From an uncultured Candidatus Saccharibacteria bacterium (GTDB lineage: Bacteria; Patescibacteriota; Minisyncoccia; Phycocordibacterales; Phycocordibacteraceae), in contig CAYUQB010000002.1 of NCBI GenBank assembly GCA_964446735.1, forward strand, positions 18,516-82,515: a stretch of DNA of 64,000 nucleotides, read 5' to 3'. Positions 1 to 9,589 of the stretch are shown here, piece by piece. Made by a program: the position numbers and the translations under genes. Under the pieces are notes generated by a model that saw only the letters and a list, made by a program, of their open reading frames with translations, was not told the DNA's origin and made no database searches. Numbering within the stretch: position 1 is the stretch's first letter; the number at the start of each line of letters is the position of its first letter.

Positions 1-462
1 GGACTCCGTTTTTTCACCGTATACGGGCGATGGGGAAGACCTGACATGGCACTCTTTAAATTCGCGCGGCGCATCGCAGCAGGGAAGCCAATAGAGCTCT
101 ATAACGCGGGACGTATGAAGCGCAGCTTCACGCATGTATCCGATGTCGTGTCAGCGATTGCAACCCTACTTACCACTCGCCCACAGGGTGCGTATCGTCT
201 CTACAATCTTGGCGGGAGCGAAGCGGTCCCGCTCTCGAAGTTTGTACGACTGATAGAAAAAGCACTTGGAAAGAAAGCAAAGATACAGGCACTCCCGCTT
301 CAACCCGGAGACGTCGCAGCAACTATCGCCGATTGCAGTCGTGCAGCTAAAGACCTTGGGTACCGTCCACATGTCTCCATCGAGGAAGGCATAGCGGACT
401 TCATTGACTGGTACCGGAAGGAAGAAGCGTTCCTGGCAACACTCGCAGAGCCAAAGCAGTAG
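1..462 (+). CDS. NAD-dependent epimerase/dehydratase (UDP-glucuronate 4-epimerase-like), 5'-truncated
   Basis: Frame is open from base 1: GLRFFTVYGRWGRPDMALFKF...YNLG...LPLQPGDV, typical of the extended SDR C-terminal half. Confidence 0.9.
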   Translation, partial: GLRFFTVYGRWGRPDMALFKFARRIAAGKPIELYNAGRMKRSFTHVSDVVSAIATLLTTRPQGAYRLYNLGGSEAVPLSKFVRLIEKALGKKAKIQALPLQPGDVAATIADCSRAAKDLGYRPHVSIEEGIADFIDWYRKEEAFLATLAEPKQ

Positions 463-471
463 AATAGAGGG

Positions 472-1539
472 ATGCGACTCCTTATTGTCACCCAGGCAGT
501 TGATCGCACACATCCGGTACTCGGGTTCTTCCACGATTGGCTCGTTGAGTTCGCGGCGCATGTTGACGTGCTTACGGTTATTACGCTCTACGAGGGTGCC
601 CACGATTTACCACCCAATGTTCGTGTCCATTCGCTTGGGAAAGAGCACGGAAGGCGTCCCACCTTTTCCTACACGCTTGAGTTTCTTCGACTCGCGTGGG
701 CGTTGCGTAGTGAATACGACGCGGTATTTGTGCACATGAATCCGGAGTATTTGATAATTGCAGGACCCCTTTGGAAAGCCCTCAGGAAACGTACGGCACT
801 TTGGTATCTGCATAAACATGTGTCCTGGCGACTGCGGCTCGGAGTGGTGTGGGCCGACGCAGTGTTCACTGCAACTGAAGCAAGCATGCGGCTCTCAACT
901 CGGAAGAAACGCATCGTAGGACACGGTATTCGATTGGATGCGCTTCCGTATGTTTCAGCACCTCCATACCCGCCACTGGCACTTCTTACCATCGGACGGC
1001 TTTCACCGGTAAAGCGAGTCCATCTGCTTATCGAAGCGTTCGCGCTGCTGCGTGATGGCGGGGTTGAGGCGTATCTCACTATCGCAGGAAGTGCAGCGGG
1101 ACCCGAGGGTGCCACGTATGAACAAGAACTTCACGGAATGGTCGAGGCGCTCGGCATTGCTGGTCGAGTGGTTTTCCTTGGATCAGTCCCGCATTCCGAA
1201 CTGCCTGCACTCTTTCGTGAATCCCATCTCTTCCTTCACGCGTCAGCAACGGGCTCGCTGGATAAAGCGTCGCTTGAACCGCTTGCGTGCGGCGTGCCCC
1301 TCATCACTACCAGCGAGGAATTGGCAGCGATTGGGCTTGAGGCGATTGTTCTCTCAGAACCAACCCCAGACGGGTTCGCGGGTGCGGTTCGTCGCGTCGT
1401 TGGCGCTCGGCTCTGGGATGATGCAGGGGCGCGGCATGAGGCGCGTGCGTACGTAGCAGAACAGCACGAGCTCTCTCGACTCATCACCCGGATCCTTGCA
1501 GATTCTCGGTTTACCGGGCATCGTAGGCAGCATGGATGA
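472..1539 (+). CDS. Glycosyltransferase family 4 (GT-B)
   Basis: IGRLSPVKRVHLLIEA, FLGSVPH, GSLDKASLEPLACGVP motifs. Confidence 0.9.
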   Translation: MRLLIVTQAVDRTHPVLGFFHDWLVEFAAHVDVLTVITLYEGAHDLPPNVRVHSLGKEHGRRPTFSYTLEFLRLAWALRSEYDAVFVHMNPEYLIIAGPLWKALRKRTALWYLHKHVSWRLRLGVVWADAVFTATEASMRLSTRKKRIVGHGIRLDALPYVSAPPYPPLALLTIGRLSPVKRVHLLIEAFALLRDGGVEAYLTIAGSAAGPEGATYEQELHGMVEALGIAGRVVFLGSVPHSELPALFRESHLFLHASATGSLDKASLEPLACGVPLITTSEELAAIGLEAIVLSEPTPDGFAGAVRRVVGARLWDDAGARHEARAYVAEQHELSRLITRILADSRFTGHRRQHG

Positions 1540-2170
1540 GAAGCAAATAATTTCCCGACACCGATACCGGGAAAGCAATTCGTATCGTTCTCTTGATCGT
1601 TGGTGCTCGTATTGGCATCAGATTGATTTGATGCGCAAACTCGCACCTAAGAACGTACTTGAGGTTGGTATTGGTGAAGGGGTGGTCGCAGAGTATCTAA
1701 AGGGAAGTGGGATTGAGCTCACGACCCTTGATATTGATGCGAGTCTGGCGCCCGACATAGTTGGTGATGTCCGAAAGATTCCACTTCCTGACGGATCGGT
1801 CGATGCGGTACTTGCAGCAGAGATCCTCGAACATATGCCGTTTGACGATGCGCGGGAGGCGCTTAAAGAAATGCGTCGCGTCGCCCGCACAGGTGCCGTT
1901 ATTTCCGCTCCCGCACCGGGATGGGTGTTCTCGTTCCGCCTCAAGATCCCGCTTCTGAAGGGAGAGGGAATTACGAAGGTCCCATTTTTTTGGAAGACGT
2001 ACCAATATGATCCCAACGAGGCGGGCGTGCACCATTGGGAGCTTGGCTATCGCGGAATCCCGGAAGCACGCCTCCTACAGGCAATTAAAGAGGCCGGGTT
2101 CACGGTTGCGACTGCACGCACGTACCAAGACGACCCGAGCCACCGGTTCTATGTACTCAAGGTTGCATAA
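1532..2170 (+). CDS. Class I SAM-dependent methyltransferase
   Basis: VLEVGIGEG motif I, DAVLAAEILEHM; start moved to ATG 1532 overlapping the upstream stop. Confidence 0.85.
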   Translation: MDEKQIISRHRYRESNSYRSLDRWCSYWHQIDLMRKLAPKNVLEVGIGEGVVAEYLKGSGIELTTLDIDASLAPDIVGDVRKIPLPDGSVDAVLAAEILEHMPFDDAREALKEMRRVARTGAVISAPAPGWVFSFRLKIPLLKGEGITKVPFFWKTYQYDPNEAGVHHWELGYRGIPEARLLQAIKEAGFTVATARTYQDDPSHRFYVLKVA

Positions 2171-2209
2171 CTTGCAGACAAAGCGTCCATCGGGCATCGT
2201 TAGAGAACT

Positions 2210-2947
2210 ATGGCATACGACGGATTGAAGGATCATTTCAATGATGTTGCGGGGGGAGCCCGCTTCTCCTCATATGAGGAGCGTCGTTGGAGTGCTGACG
2301 AGAAGCGCAAGGCACAGGAAGCGGCAACACGAAACTTTGTAACGACGCGCGCACTCCCGCAGATTACAGGCGCTAAGAACATTACCGAGCTGGGTCCTGG
2401 CCCAGGCACCTGGACGAAGTATTTGTACAATACCGCTCCGGAGGCACAGTTCCTGCTCCTTGATATTGCAGGCGAGATGCTCACGCGTGCGAAGGCAGCA
2501 CTCCCAGAAAGCGCGTCCGTCTCAACGAGGGAAGGTGACTTCGCAACCATGCAATTGGCTCCGAGTGCCGCTGATGCGTTCTTCTCAAGTCGTGCCATTG
2601 AATACGTCGCTCCTAAAGAAACTGCTGTGCAGAGTATCTACGACCACCTTGCACCAGGAGGGGTCGGTATCATCATCACCAAGATGCCTAAGCGTCTTGC
2701 TAATCAACTTTCTGGGCGCACGCCAACTGCAATTCATCAGGGCCAAATCTCGCCCGCGGCATTCAGAAAGATGCTTCAGTCAGTCGGGTTTAAGAATATT
2801 GTCCTGTATCCGGTAACGTTCTCGTTTCCGTTCCTGCGCTCAGCAGCAGCAGACCGACTACTCTCGAGTCTTTTCTCGAGTATGCCACTTAATCCAATCT
2901 CTGCACTCTTTGCGGAATCGTACGGCGTTGTATTTCATAAGCCATGA
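2210..2947 (+). CDS. Class I SAM-dependent methyltransferase
   Basis: ELGPGPGTWT motif I, LLDIA, LAPGG. Confidence 0.85.
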   Translation: MAYDGLKDHFNDVAGGARFSSYEERRWSADEKRKAQEAATRNFVTTRALPQITGAKNITELGPGPGTWTKYLYNTAPEAQFLLLDIAGEMLTRAKAALPESASVSTREGDFATMQLAPSAADAFFSSRAIEYVAPKETAVQSIYDHLAPGGVGIIITKMPKRLANQLSGRTPTAIHQGQISPAAFRKMLQSVGFKNIVLYPVTFSFPFLRSAAADRLLSSLFSSMPLNPISALFAESYGVVFHKP

Positions 2948-3555
2948 TCATCGAGCTCTTCGGTCTTCCGGGGGCAGGGAAAACGACGATCGCTAACGCA
3001 CTTGAGAAACAGGGCGCGATCATAGTGCGTGCACCGTCTGGGTGGCGCCTTCTCTGGGAGGCTTTTCTATTTGAATGCGCCCATCCTATACGTGCACTTC
3101 GTATAGCAATCGCAGTAGTCACCACTGCAGCCCGGGGCACCCATTACACCCTGTATGTGAACGGCTATCTCCAGTCAGCAGCGAAGTGGATACGTGCCAC
3201 GCGACTCTCTCAAGTGGGCAAGATCGCGGTCATCGATCAAGGGCACGCACAGCTGGTGGCTTCACTTGGCGGAGTGACACCAGCGACACTCGCAGCGTTT
3301 CCACGACCCAACCTACTCGCGCTCGTCGAAGCACCTCGTGAAGTACGAACAGAACGTATGCAGGCCCGTGGGCGTACGCCTCGAGAAGAGTTCGGAGAAA
3401 GCGTTGCACAGTCATGGGATGATCGTGCTGCTCGTGCAATCGAGGAAGCACTACCAGAATTCATTTCCCACTATCCCAAGGTGGTTCGAATCGTCGGCGA
3501 AGCCTCACCCGACGAGTCTGCTCGCGTTCTTCTCATTGGGCAGGCTTCTCAATAA
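2944..3555 (+). CDS. P-loop nucleoside-monophosphate-kinase-like protein
   Basis: N-terminal Walker A GLPGAGKTT, VIDQG, lid-like RxxRxxxR; ATGA-coupled to upstream gene. Confidence 0.75.
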   Translation: MIIELFGLPGAGKTTIANALEKQGAIIVRAPSGWRLLWEAFLFECAHPIRALRIAIAVVTTAARGTHYTLYVNGYLQSAAKWIRATRLSQVGKIAVIDQGHAQLVASLGGVTPATLAAFPRPNLLALVEAPREVRTERMQARGRTPREEFGESVAQSWDDRAARAIEEALPEFISHYPKVVRIVGEASPDESARVLLIGQASQ

Positions 3556-4141
3556 CCGTGAGCACCCACGAGCGGGTACCATTACGAAAGACTTCTTCAT
3601 GGCCAACAAGTAATCCATAGGAAGTAAAAAGTGCTCCGTACTCGTGGGCCTCTTTTTCCGTTCGGCCGCGCGTTATTGCGGTTGAAATAAAGAGTCGACC
3701 AGAAGGCTCGAGCATGTCAGCAATACGAGAGATAAACGTACGAAAGGAATTGGGAAACCGTAAATCACCGAGATAGTAGAGCACGTCACCGAGCAGAATG
3801 AGATCGAAGCGCTGATTGAAATTGAATGTGCGAATGTTCGCCACTTCGTACGTGACATTCGAAAGATGCGAGAGTCGTTTGCGTGCTCGGGATACCGCTC
3901 GTGGTGAGAGATCGGTTGCGTGAATCGTGTCACACACGGGAGCGAGGGCTTCGGCATAGTGGCCGAGGCCGGTGCCGGCATCAAGGCACCTGCCATAGCG
4001 TCGGTCGGACAAGAGTTCTCGAGCACGTTCCACTTCTGGATTGGTATCGACTCGCCCCCACACCTGATCGTGGAGGTAGTGGTGCTCCATATTTCGCTTC
4101 TTGTGGAAGTCGAACCAGGACACAAGCAGGCGTTCAAACAT
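3533..4141 (-). CDS. NodS-like SAM-dependent methyltransferase
   Basis: CLDAGTGLG motif I, DLSPRAVSRARKR, FDLILLGDVLYYL resemble the NodS family; start chosen at ATG 4141 to avoid overlap with the divergent gene. Confidence 0.75.
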   Translation of the reverse strand: MFERLLVSWFDFHKKRNMEHHYLHDQVWGRVDTNPEVERARELLSDRRYGRCLDAGTGLGHYAEALAPVCDTIHATDLSPRAVSRARKRLSHLSNVTYEVANIRTFNFNQRFDLILLGDVLYYLGDLRFPNSFRTFISRIADMLEPSGRLFISTAITRGRTEKEAHEYGALFTSYGLLVGHEEVFRNGTRSWVLTVIEKPAQ

Positions 4142-4195
4142 ACCGCAAGGATAGCAGGGCAGGGGTGTCGCGGAAATGATATAGTCCCTGTATCC

Positions 4196-5011
4196 ATGGG
4201 CCTGTCTGATATTCGAGCATGGCTGAAGAAGCTGGCGTATCTTCTTTCCGCGCTTCTGACGGGATTTGCACCTCCAAAAGACGGAGAGGTGGCGGTACTC
4301 ATGTATCACGCCATAGATGACTCGGGATGGCGACTTTCTGTCACCCCCAAACAGTTCGAACGTCAGATGGCGCGTCTGCGACGTCATCACGTCGTCGTCC
4401 CGCTTGCAGATATCGTTGCTCATGCAAAAGGTGAGAAGCGACTCCCTGCACGGGCGGTGGCAGTGACGTTTGACGACGGGTACGCAGATCTCATTCCGGT
4501 TGTGCTTCCCGTACTGAAAAAGTATCGGGTCCCGATGACGCTTTTTCTGAATACCGATGTATCGGTACAGACTAATTCGCTCGGTACTCCGCGCGTAACA
4601 TGGGACGACATCCGGGTTCTTGTTGAGAGCGGGTTTGTGTCAATCGAATCGCACGGAAAAACCCATGCACACCTCCCCGCACTTGAACCGTCGGTTGCAC
4701 GCGCTGAATTGGTTGATGCAGTCGATGACATCCGTGTGCATCTAGGGACCACGCCGAGCTTCTTTGCGTATCCCTTTGGGGACCGTTCCCTGGAAGTTGA
4801 GGCAATGGTCGAAGAGGTTGGCTATACGGCAGCTTTCGGCATTTCGGAAGGATTCATCGCGGAACAGGCACCGCTCTATCGCCTGCCACGTATCCAGGTC
4901 GATGCAACCATGACCCCACTCCTTTTCGCTCTCCGGCTTACACCGGCCCTCGCTATGCACCGGCGCATCGTTGGTGCCTTCCGCCGGGTTCTAGAAAAAC
5001 ATACGAAATAG
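4196..5011 (+). CDS. Polysaccharide deacetylase (NodB/CE4 family)
   Basis: VLMYH, VTFDDGY, ESHGKTH, FAYPFG motifs; start moved to ATG 4196. Confidence 0.9.
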   Translation: MGLSDIRAWLKKLAYLLSALLTGFAPPKDGEVAVLMYHAIDDSGWRLSVTPKQFERQMARLRRHHVVVPLADIVAHAKGEKRLPARAVAVTFDDGYADLIPVVLPVLKKYRVPMTLFLNTDVSVQTNSLGTPRVTWDDIRVLVESGFVSIESHGKTHAHLPALEPSVARAELVDAVDDIRVHLGTTPSFFAYPFGDRSLEVEAMVEEVGYTAAFGISEGFIAEQAPLYRLPRIQVDATMTPLLFALRLTPALAMHRRIVGAFRRVLEKHTK

Positions 5012-5024
5012 TAGGATTCCTAGC

Positions 5025-6689
5025 ATGCAGAGCTCAACCACCACCCAAGAAGCGCTCACAGCGCTTCCACGCATGACGCTCACCCCGCGTCAGTTATTTG
5101 ACCTTGAACAGCTCCTGGTCGGAGGATTCGCTCCGCTCACCGGCTTCCTGGGTAAGGAAGACTACGAGAGTGTTGTTGAGACCATGCATCTTGCGTCTGG
5201 GGAGCTGTGGCCGATGCCTATTGTGCTCGATGTGAGTACAGGGCATGGCCGTTCCATCGGGGATCGTGTCATCCTGTGCGACCCGTACGGAAACCCGATC
5301 GCATTCATGACGATCGAAAGTATCTACGAACCTGATAAGCAGAAAGAAGTGCTCAAGGTGTATGGAACGGATAACCCTGAGCATCCGGGGGTGCGGTATG
5401 TGCTGCAGGAAGCAGGCAATATATATCTCGGGGGGCCGGCTGAACTCATCAACCGCTCGCCCATGCATGATTTCAAAGAACTGCGTCGCACTCCGGAGGA
5501 GCTCAAACAATTCATTGCAGAACGGGGATGGGATAAGGTGGTTGCGTTCCAAACTCGTAATCCGATCCATCGTGCGCACTTCGAACTTATCTCACGCGCT
5601 GCCAGCGCACTCGGTGCAGCCGTACTCCTTCATCCGGTGGTAGGTCTCACCAAAGAAGGTGATATCGATTACATCTCTCGCGTGCGGGGATACAAACGAC
5701 TTCATGCCGCTCGTCTCTCGGATAACGGTGTACTCTCGCTGCTTCCGCTTGCGATGCGCATGGCAGGTCCGCGAGAAGCGGTATGGCACGCGCTCGTGCG
5801 CAAGAACTACGGCGCCACCCATTTCATTGTTGGACGCGATCATGCGGGTCCTGGCTCCGATTCATCTGGGAAAGCGTTTTATTCAGCGTATGAAGCCCAG
5901 GAACTTGCTAAATCCCTCGAAAATGAAATCGGTATTGGCATCGTACCCATCCATGAAATGAGTTATGTCGAGAGCGAGGGACGATATCTCTCACCCGAGG
6001 AGCTCACGCCTGAGCACGAAGTAAAGAGCATTTCGGGCACCGAGTTTCGTCGCATGCTTCGCAGTGAAGAACCGATACCGGAGTGGTTTGCATTTCCCGA
6101 AGTCATTGAGGAGCTCCGTGCCGCCATGCGTAAAGAAAAGCGTCGGGGTGCCGTCGTGTTCTTCACGGGACTTTCGGGAGCCGGGAAATCGACGATTGCA
6201 CACATTGTGTACAACCGACTCCTTGAGGAACAGGATCGTCCGGTGACGTACTTGGATGGGGATATTATTCGTCAGCATCTCTCGAAGGGTCTTGGATTTT
6301 CAAAAGACGATCGCATGACCAATATCGAGCGCATCGGATTTGTTGCGAGTGAGATCGCTAAGCATGGAGGCATTGCGGTGTGTGCGGCTATTGCACCCTA
6401 TCGCGAAAGTCGAGAGCGCAATCGACGACTCATTTCACAAGCGGGTACCTATATCGAAGTGTTCGTCGATACACCTATCGAGATCTGTGAAGAACGTGAT
6501 CCGAAGGGGTTGTATAAGAAAGCGAAGACGGGATCACTCGCTGGGTTTACCGGTGTCGATGATCCGTATGAACCACCTACGGATGCAGAGCTCGTTCTCG
6601 ATACCACTACCGAAAGCGCAGAAGAGGCAGCGATGCGGGTGCTGGCGTACCTCAAGGAGCGCGGGTTCTACGAGCACTATACGGACTAA
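5025..6689 (+). CDS. sat: Bifunctional sulfate adenylyltransferase / adenylylsulfate kinase (PAPS synthesis)
   Basis: QTRNPIHRAH and GRDHAG (ATP sulfurylase); FTGLSGAGKST, LDGD, RDPKGLY, FTGVDDPYE (APS kinase). Confidence 0.95.
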   Translation: MQSSTTTQEALTALPRMTLTPRQLFDLEQLLVGGFAPLTGFLGKEDYESVVETMHLASGELWPMPIVLDVSTGHGRSIGDRVILCDPYGNPIAFMTIESIYEPDKQKEVLKVYGTDNPEHPGVRYVLQEAGNIYLGGPAELINRSPMHDFKELRRTPEELKQFIAERGWDKVVAFQTRNPIHRAHFELISRAASALGAAVLLHPVVGLTKEGDIDYISRVRGYKRLHAARLSDNGVLSLLPLAMRMAGPREAVWHALVRKNYGATHFIVGRDHAGPGSDSSGKAFYSAYEAQELAKSLENEIGIGIVPIHEMSYVESEGRYLSPEELTPEHEVKSISGTEFRRMLRSEEPIPEWFAFPEVIEELRAAMRKEKRRGAVVFFTGLSGAGKSTIAHIVYNRLLEEQDRPVTYLDGDIIRQHLSKGLGFSKDDRMTNIERIGFVASEIAKHGGIAVCAAIAPYRESRERNRRLISQAGTYIEVFVDTPIEICEERDPKGLYKKAKTGSLAGFTGVDDPYEPPTDAELVLDTTTESAEEAAMRVLAYLKERGFYEHYTD

Positions 6690-7519
6690 TGGGGAAGATC
6701 AAGGCGAGCGTCGGCATTCTTACCTACAACAGCGAGAAGAATCTCGCACGCGCCTTAGCGAGCGTAGCTGATTTTGAAGACATCATCATTGCTGATGGCG
6801 GCTCTACGGATAGGACCGTTTCAATCGCGGAGCAGTTCGGTGCCCGAGTTATGTCGCAATCCAATCCCGGTCACCCCATTATTGACTTTGCGAAGGAGCG
6901 CAATCGGTTGCTCGATGCGGCACGCGAGTCCTGGTTCATCTATCTCGATTCAGACGAGATCATGAGTCCTGCACTTGCTGAAGCGGTGAGGAAGATCAGC
7001 GATGACGCGCACCATTCCTACGGGGCATACCGGGTACGTTACCAGAAGACAAATGCAGATGGGACCCATCCGTATCGCACCTACCGTGAGTATTACCAGG
7101 TTCGCCTTACCCGTACCGACACCGGTGCATGCTTCGCGCGTGCCATCCATGAAGTATTGCTTGTCCCAAAAGGAATCGCTGTCGGACAGCTTGAAGCTCC
7201 GTGGTACGTGCCGCTTGAGCCAGAAGATCTTATGTTCGGACCTTTTGCCCGTAAGGCGTGGAAACGTACTGCTGGGACACTTTCTGCGTGGGAACCGAAG
7301 GGAGTAGGGAACGTGCTCACGAAGGTGGTGATCGGACCTACGACCCTCATTGGAAAGTCGCTCTGGAAGGCGTTCATGGTGAAGATCCGATACGGTAAAG
7401 ACGCCATCCCGCTTTCATATGAGCTTCTGCGCGTCGTGTACGCCCTCATGCTGTCGATCCAGGCGATTCGGCGGGTGCTGGCCGTTGGGATATGGTCCCG
7501 CCGTACGAAGGGTGGATAA
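6689..7519 (+). CDS. Glycosyltransferase family 2
   Basis: ILTYNSE, DGGSTDRT, LDSDE, IHE motifs. Confidence 0.9.
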   Translation: MGKIKASVGILTYNSEKNLARALASVADFEDIIIADGGSTDRTVSIAEQFGARVMSQSNPGHPIIDFAKERNRLLDAARESWFIYLDSDEIMSPALAEAVRKISDDAHHSYGAYRVRYQKTNADGTHPYRTYREYYQVRLTRTDTGACFARAIHEVLLVPKGIAVGQLEAPWYVPLEPEDLMFGPFARKAWKRTAGTLSAWEPKGVGNVLTKVVIGPTTLIGKSLWKAFMVKIRYGKDAIPLSYELLRVVYALMLSIQAIRRVLAVGIWSRRTKGG

Positions 7520-7528
7520 TAGCCAGGT

Positions 7529-8431
7529 ATGAATAAGATCCCTGTCATCTTCATTGTGAGTGCTGGCCACAGCGGGTCGACCTTACTCGACCTGCTGCTC
7601 TCAGCACATCCGGAGGTCGTGGGTCTTGGTGAAGCTGAGAAGATTGGAGCAAAGGTGGTACCGAAGATTCCGGAGCATCACTGTTCTTGCGGCAAAGCGT
7701 ACGATGAGTGTCCGTTCTGGGGAGACTTTGTGAAGACTCCGGAACATGTGGAATTTTTTAGTCACCGAGTCCGTCACATTCATCAGCGTAAGCTCGACTT
7801 CCTCCTGGGGAAGAAACGCTACACCTTCATAAAGCATGTCCCAGGTCCGGTGTCTCCCGAAGCCTATGTACGTAATACCGAAGCACTCTACCGCTATGCG
7901 ATCGAGCGGAGTGGAGCGAAAGTAGTCGTTGATTCCTCCAAGCGCCCGTATCGTCCTCAGGCCCTCAAAGACTACGGAGCGCTCGTTGAGCCGTACATCA
8001 TTCACCTGGTGCGTGATGGACGTGGGGTACTCTGGTCATTCCTTAAGAAGTATCGGAAACAATACCCCGGTGAGGAAGCATTCTGGACGCGGCATGCGAT
8101 TGATGAGTGGTTCGGAAGCAATCTGAAAGCAGAATTGCTCCGCATGCGTCTGGGCGCTCGTTCTAGGCGTATTCGATACGAAGATCTTGTTGCCAATCCA
8201 GAAAAGGTACTCGCCCCTGTCTTTCGCGATCTTGGCCTTGATCCAGCACTCTGGAATCCGAACTTCCGTGAAGCACCTCGTCACTACCTTGCTGGCAATC
8301 TCCCAACGATCGGATCAAGCGAAGGCATTCGTTCAGACGAAGCATGGAAAGAAAAGCTTCCGGAAGATGCTCGGCGGTTATTTACTCGGCGTGCTGGTTG
8401 GTTGAACTGGCTCTATCGGCATCTGCCGTAA
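7529..8431 (+). CDS. PAPS-dependent sulfotransferase
   Basis: 5'-PSB SAGHSGSTLL, VDSSK, 3'-PB LVRDGRGV, RYEDLV. Confidence 0.9.
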   Translation: MNKIPVIFIVSAGHSGSTLLDLLLSAHPEVVGLGEAEKIGAKVVPKIPEHHCSCGKAYDECPFWGDFVKTPEHVEFFSHRVRHIHQRKLDFLLGKKRYTFIKHVPGPVSPEAYVRNTEALYRYAIERSGAKVVVDSSKRPYRPQALKDYGALVEPYIIHLVRDGRGVLWSFLKKYRKQYPGEEAFWTRHAIDEWFGSNLKAELLRMRLGARSRRIRYEDLVANPEKVLAPVFRDLGLDPALWNPNFREAPRHYLAGNLPTIGSSEGIRSDEAWKEKLPEDARRLFTRRAGWLNWLYRHLP

Positions 8432-8435
8432 TGTT

Positions 8436-9572
8436 ATGCAGGGACTAATTCATCTTGCGTATCACGGACGGTTTCCTTCAGAAAAGGCAGCTGCACTGTT
8501 TGCCGCCCGTAGCGTCTACGCCTTCCAGGAAATTGGCATCTCGACCATCCTGATCGCCCCCCGACGATTCGGTAGGGCAGCGCAATCGGCAGAAGCGTAC
8601 TATGCACTCTCTGCTCCCATCACCGTGCGCTATCTGCCAACCATCGATCTTCTGTGGCTCCCTGGTTTTCGGTTCGTTGCCTTTCGCATCAGCTACGTCG
8701 TTTTCAGTTTGTTTGTGCTCCTCTATGCCTGGCGAAATATGCAGCAGGGAGACGTGTTCTACACCAACGAGGCACTACCTGCACTAGCCGCCGCGCTCGT
8801 AGGGAAACGAGTGGTGTACGAACTCCATGATTTCCCGGAGCGTTCGCTTTCTCTCTATCGCGCGGTCTTTGCTCGGGCCGAACGGATCATCGCTACCAAT
8901 AGCTGGAAGCGAGACGAGCTTGTGCGTGCATTTGGAGTGCAACCAGAGAAAATCATTGTGGAATTAAATGCGGTTGATCTTGCGCAGTTCGACATTACCG
9001 AGAGTAGGGAGGACGCACGTCGGACACTTAATCTTCCCGAGAACGCGAAGATCATACTGTACACGGGACATCTCTATGGGTGGAAAGGAGTCGATACACT
9101 TGCCGAAACAGCGCGTCGCCTTCCCGAAGAACGCTTTTACTTCGTGGGAGGCACTGCACACGATGTTGCTTCATTCACGAAGAAATATAAAGACATAGAG
9201 AACATTGTTGTGATCGGTCACCGCCCACACAAAGAAATACCGCTCTGGCAGCGGGCGGCGGATGTATTGGTACTCCCTAATTCTGGAGCAGAAGCAATCT
9301 CTCGTCACTACACTTCACCCATGAAGTTGTTTGAGTACATGGCCTCGAGTACTCCGATCGTTGCATCTGATCTACCCTCGATTCGGGAGATTCTCCCGGA
9401 GGCGGCAGGTTTCTATGCTTCCCCTGATGACCCAGAATCGTTCGCTGAGGCCATACGATCTGCAGTTACGGATTCGGAGCAGGCTCGCGCTCGTGCGAAG
9501 GCAGCCAGAACGAGCGTCGCTGCCCACGATTGGCTTGCCCGGGCACAGCGTATTGTCGGGGCGCTCGTGTGA
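8436..9572 (+). CDS. Glycosyltransferase family 4
   Basis: YTGHLYGWKGV, ADVLVLP, SPMKLFEYMAS. Confidence 0.9.
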   Translation: MQGLIHLAYHGRFPSEKAAALFAARSVYAFQEIGISTILIAPRRFGRAAQSAEAYYALSAPITVRYLPTIDLLWLPGFRFVAFRISYVVFSLFVLLYAWRNMQQGDVFYTNEALPALAAALVGKRVVYELHDFPERSLSLYRAVFARAERIIATNSWKRDELVRAFGVQPEKIIVELNAVDLAQFDITESREDARRTLNLPENAKIILYTGHLYGWKGVDTLAETARRLPEERFYFVGGTAHDVASFTKKYKDIENIVVIGHRPHKEIPLWQRAADVLVLPNSGAEAISRHYTSPMKLFEYMASSTPIVASDLPSIREILPEAAGFYASPDDPESFAEAIRSAVTDSEQARARAKAARTSVAAHDWLARAQRIVGALV

Positions 9573-9589
9573 TACCATACCAATCACTT

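Noticed and set aside
3920-4423. Apparent 500-bp antisense overlap of methyltransferase and deacetylase ORFs
   Set aside because: Disappears when starts are set at ATG 4141 (-) and ATG 4196 (+); the extensions carry no family motifs
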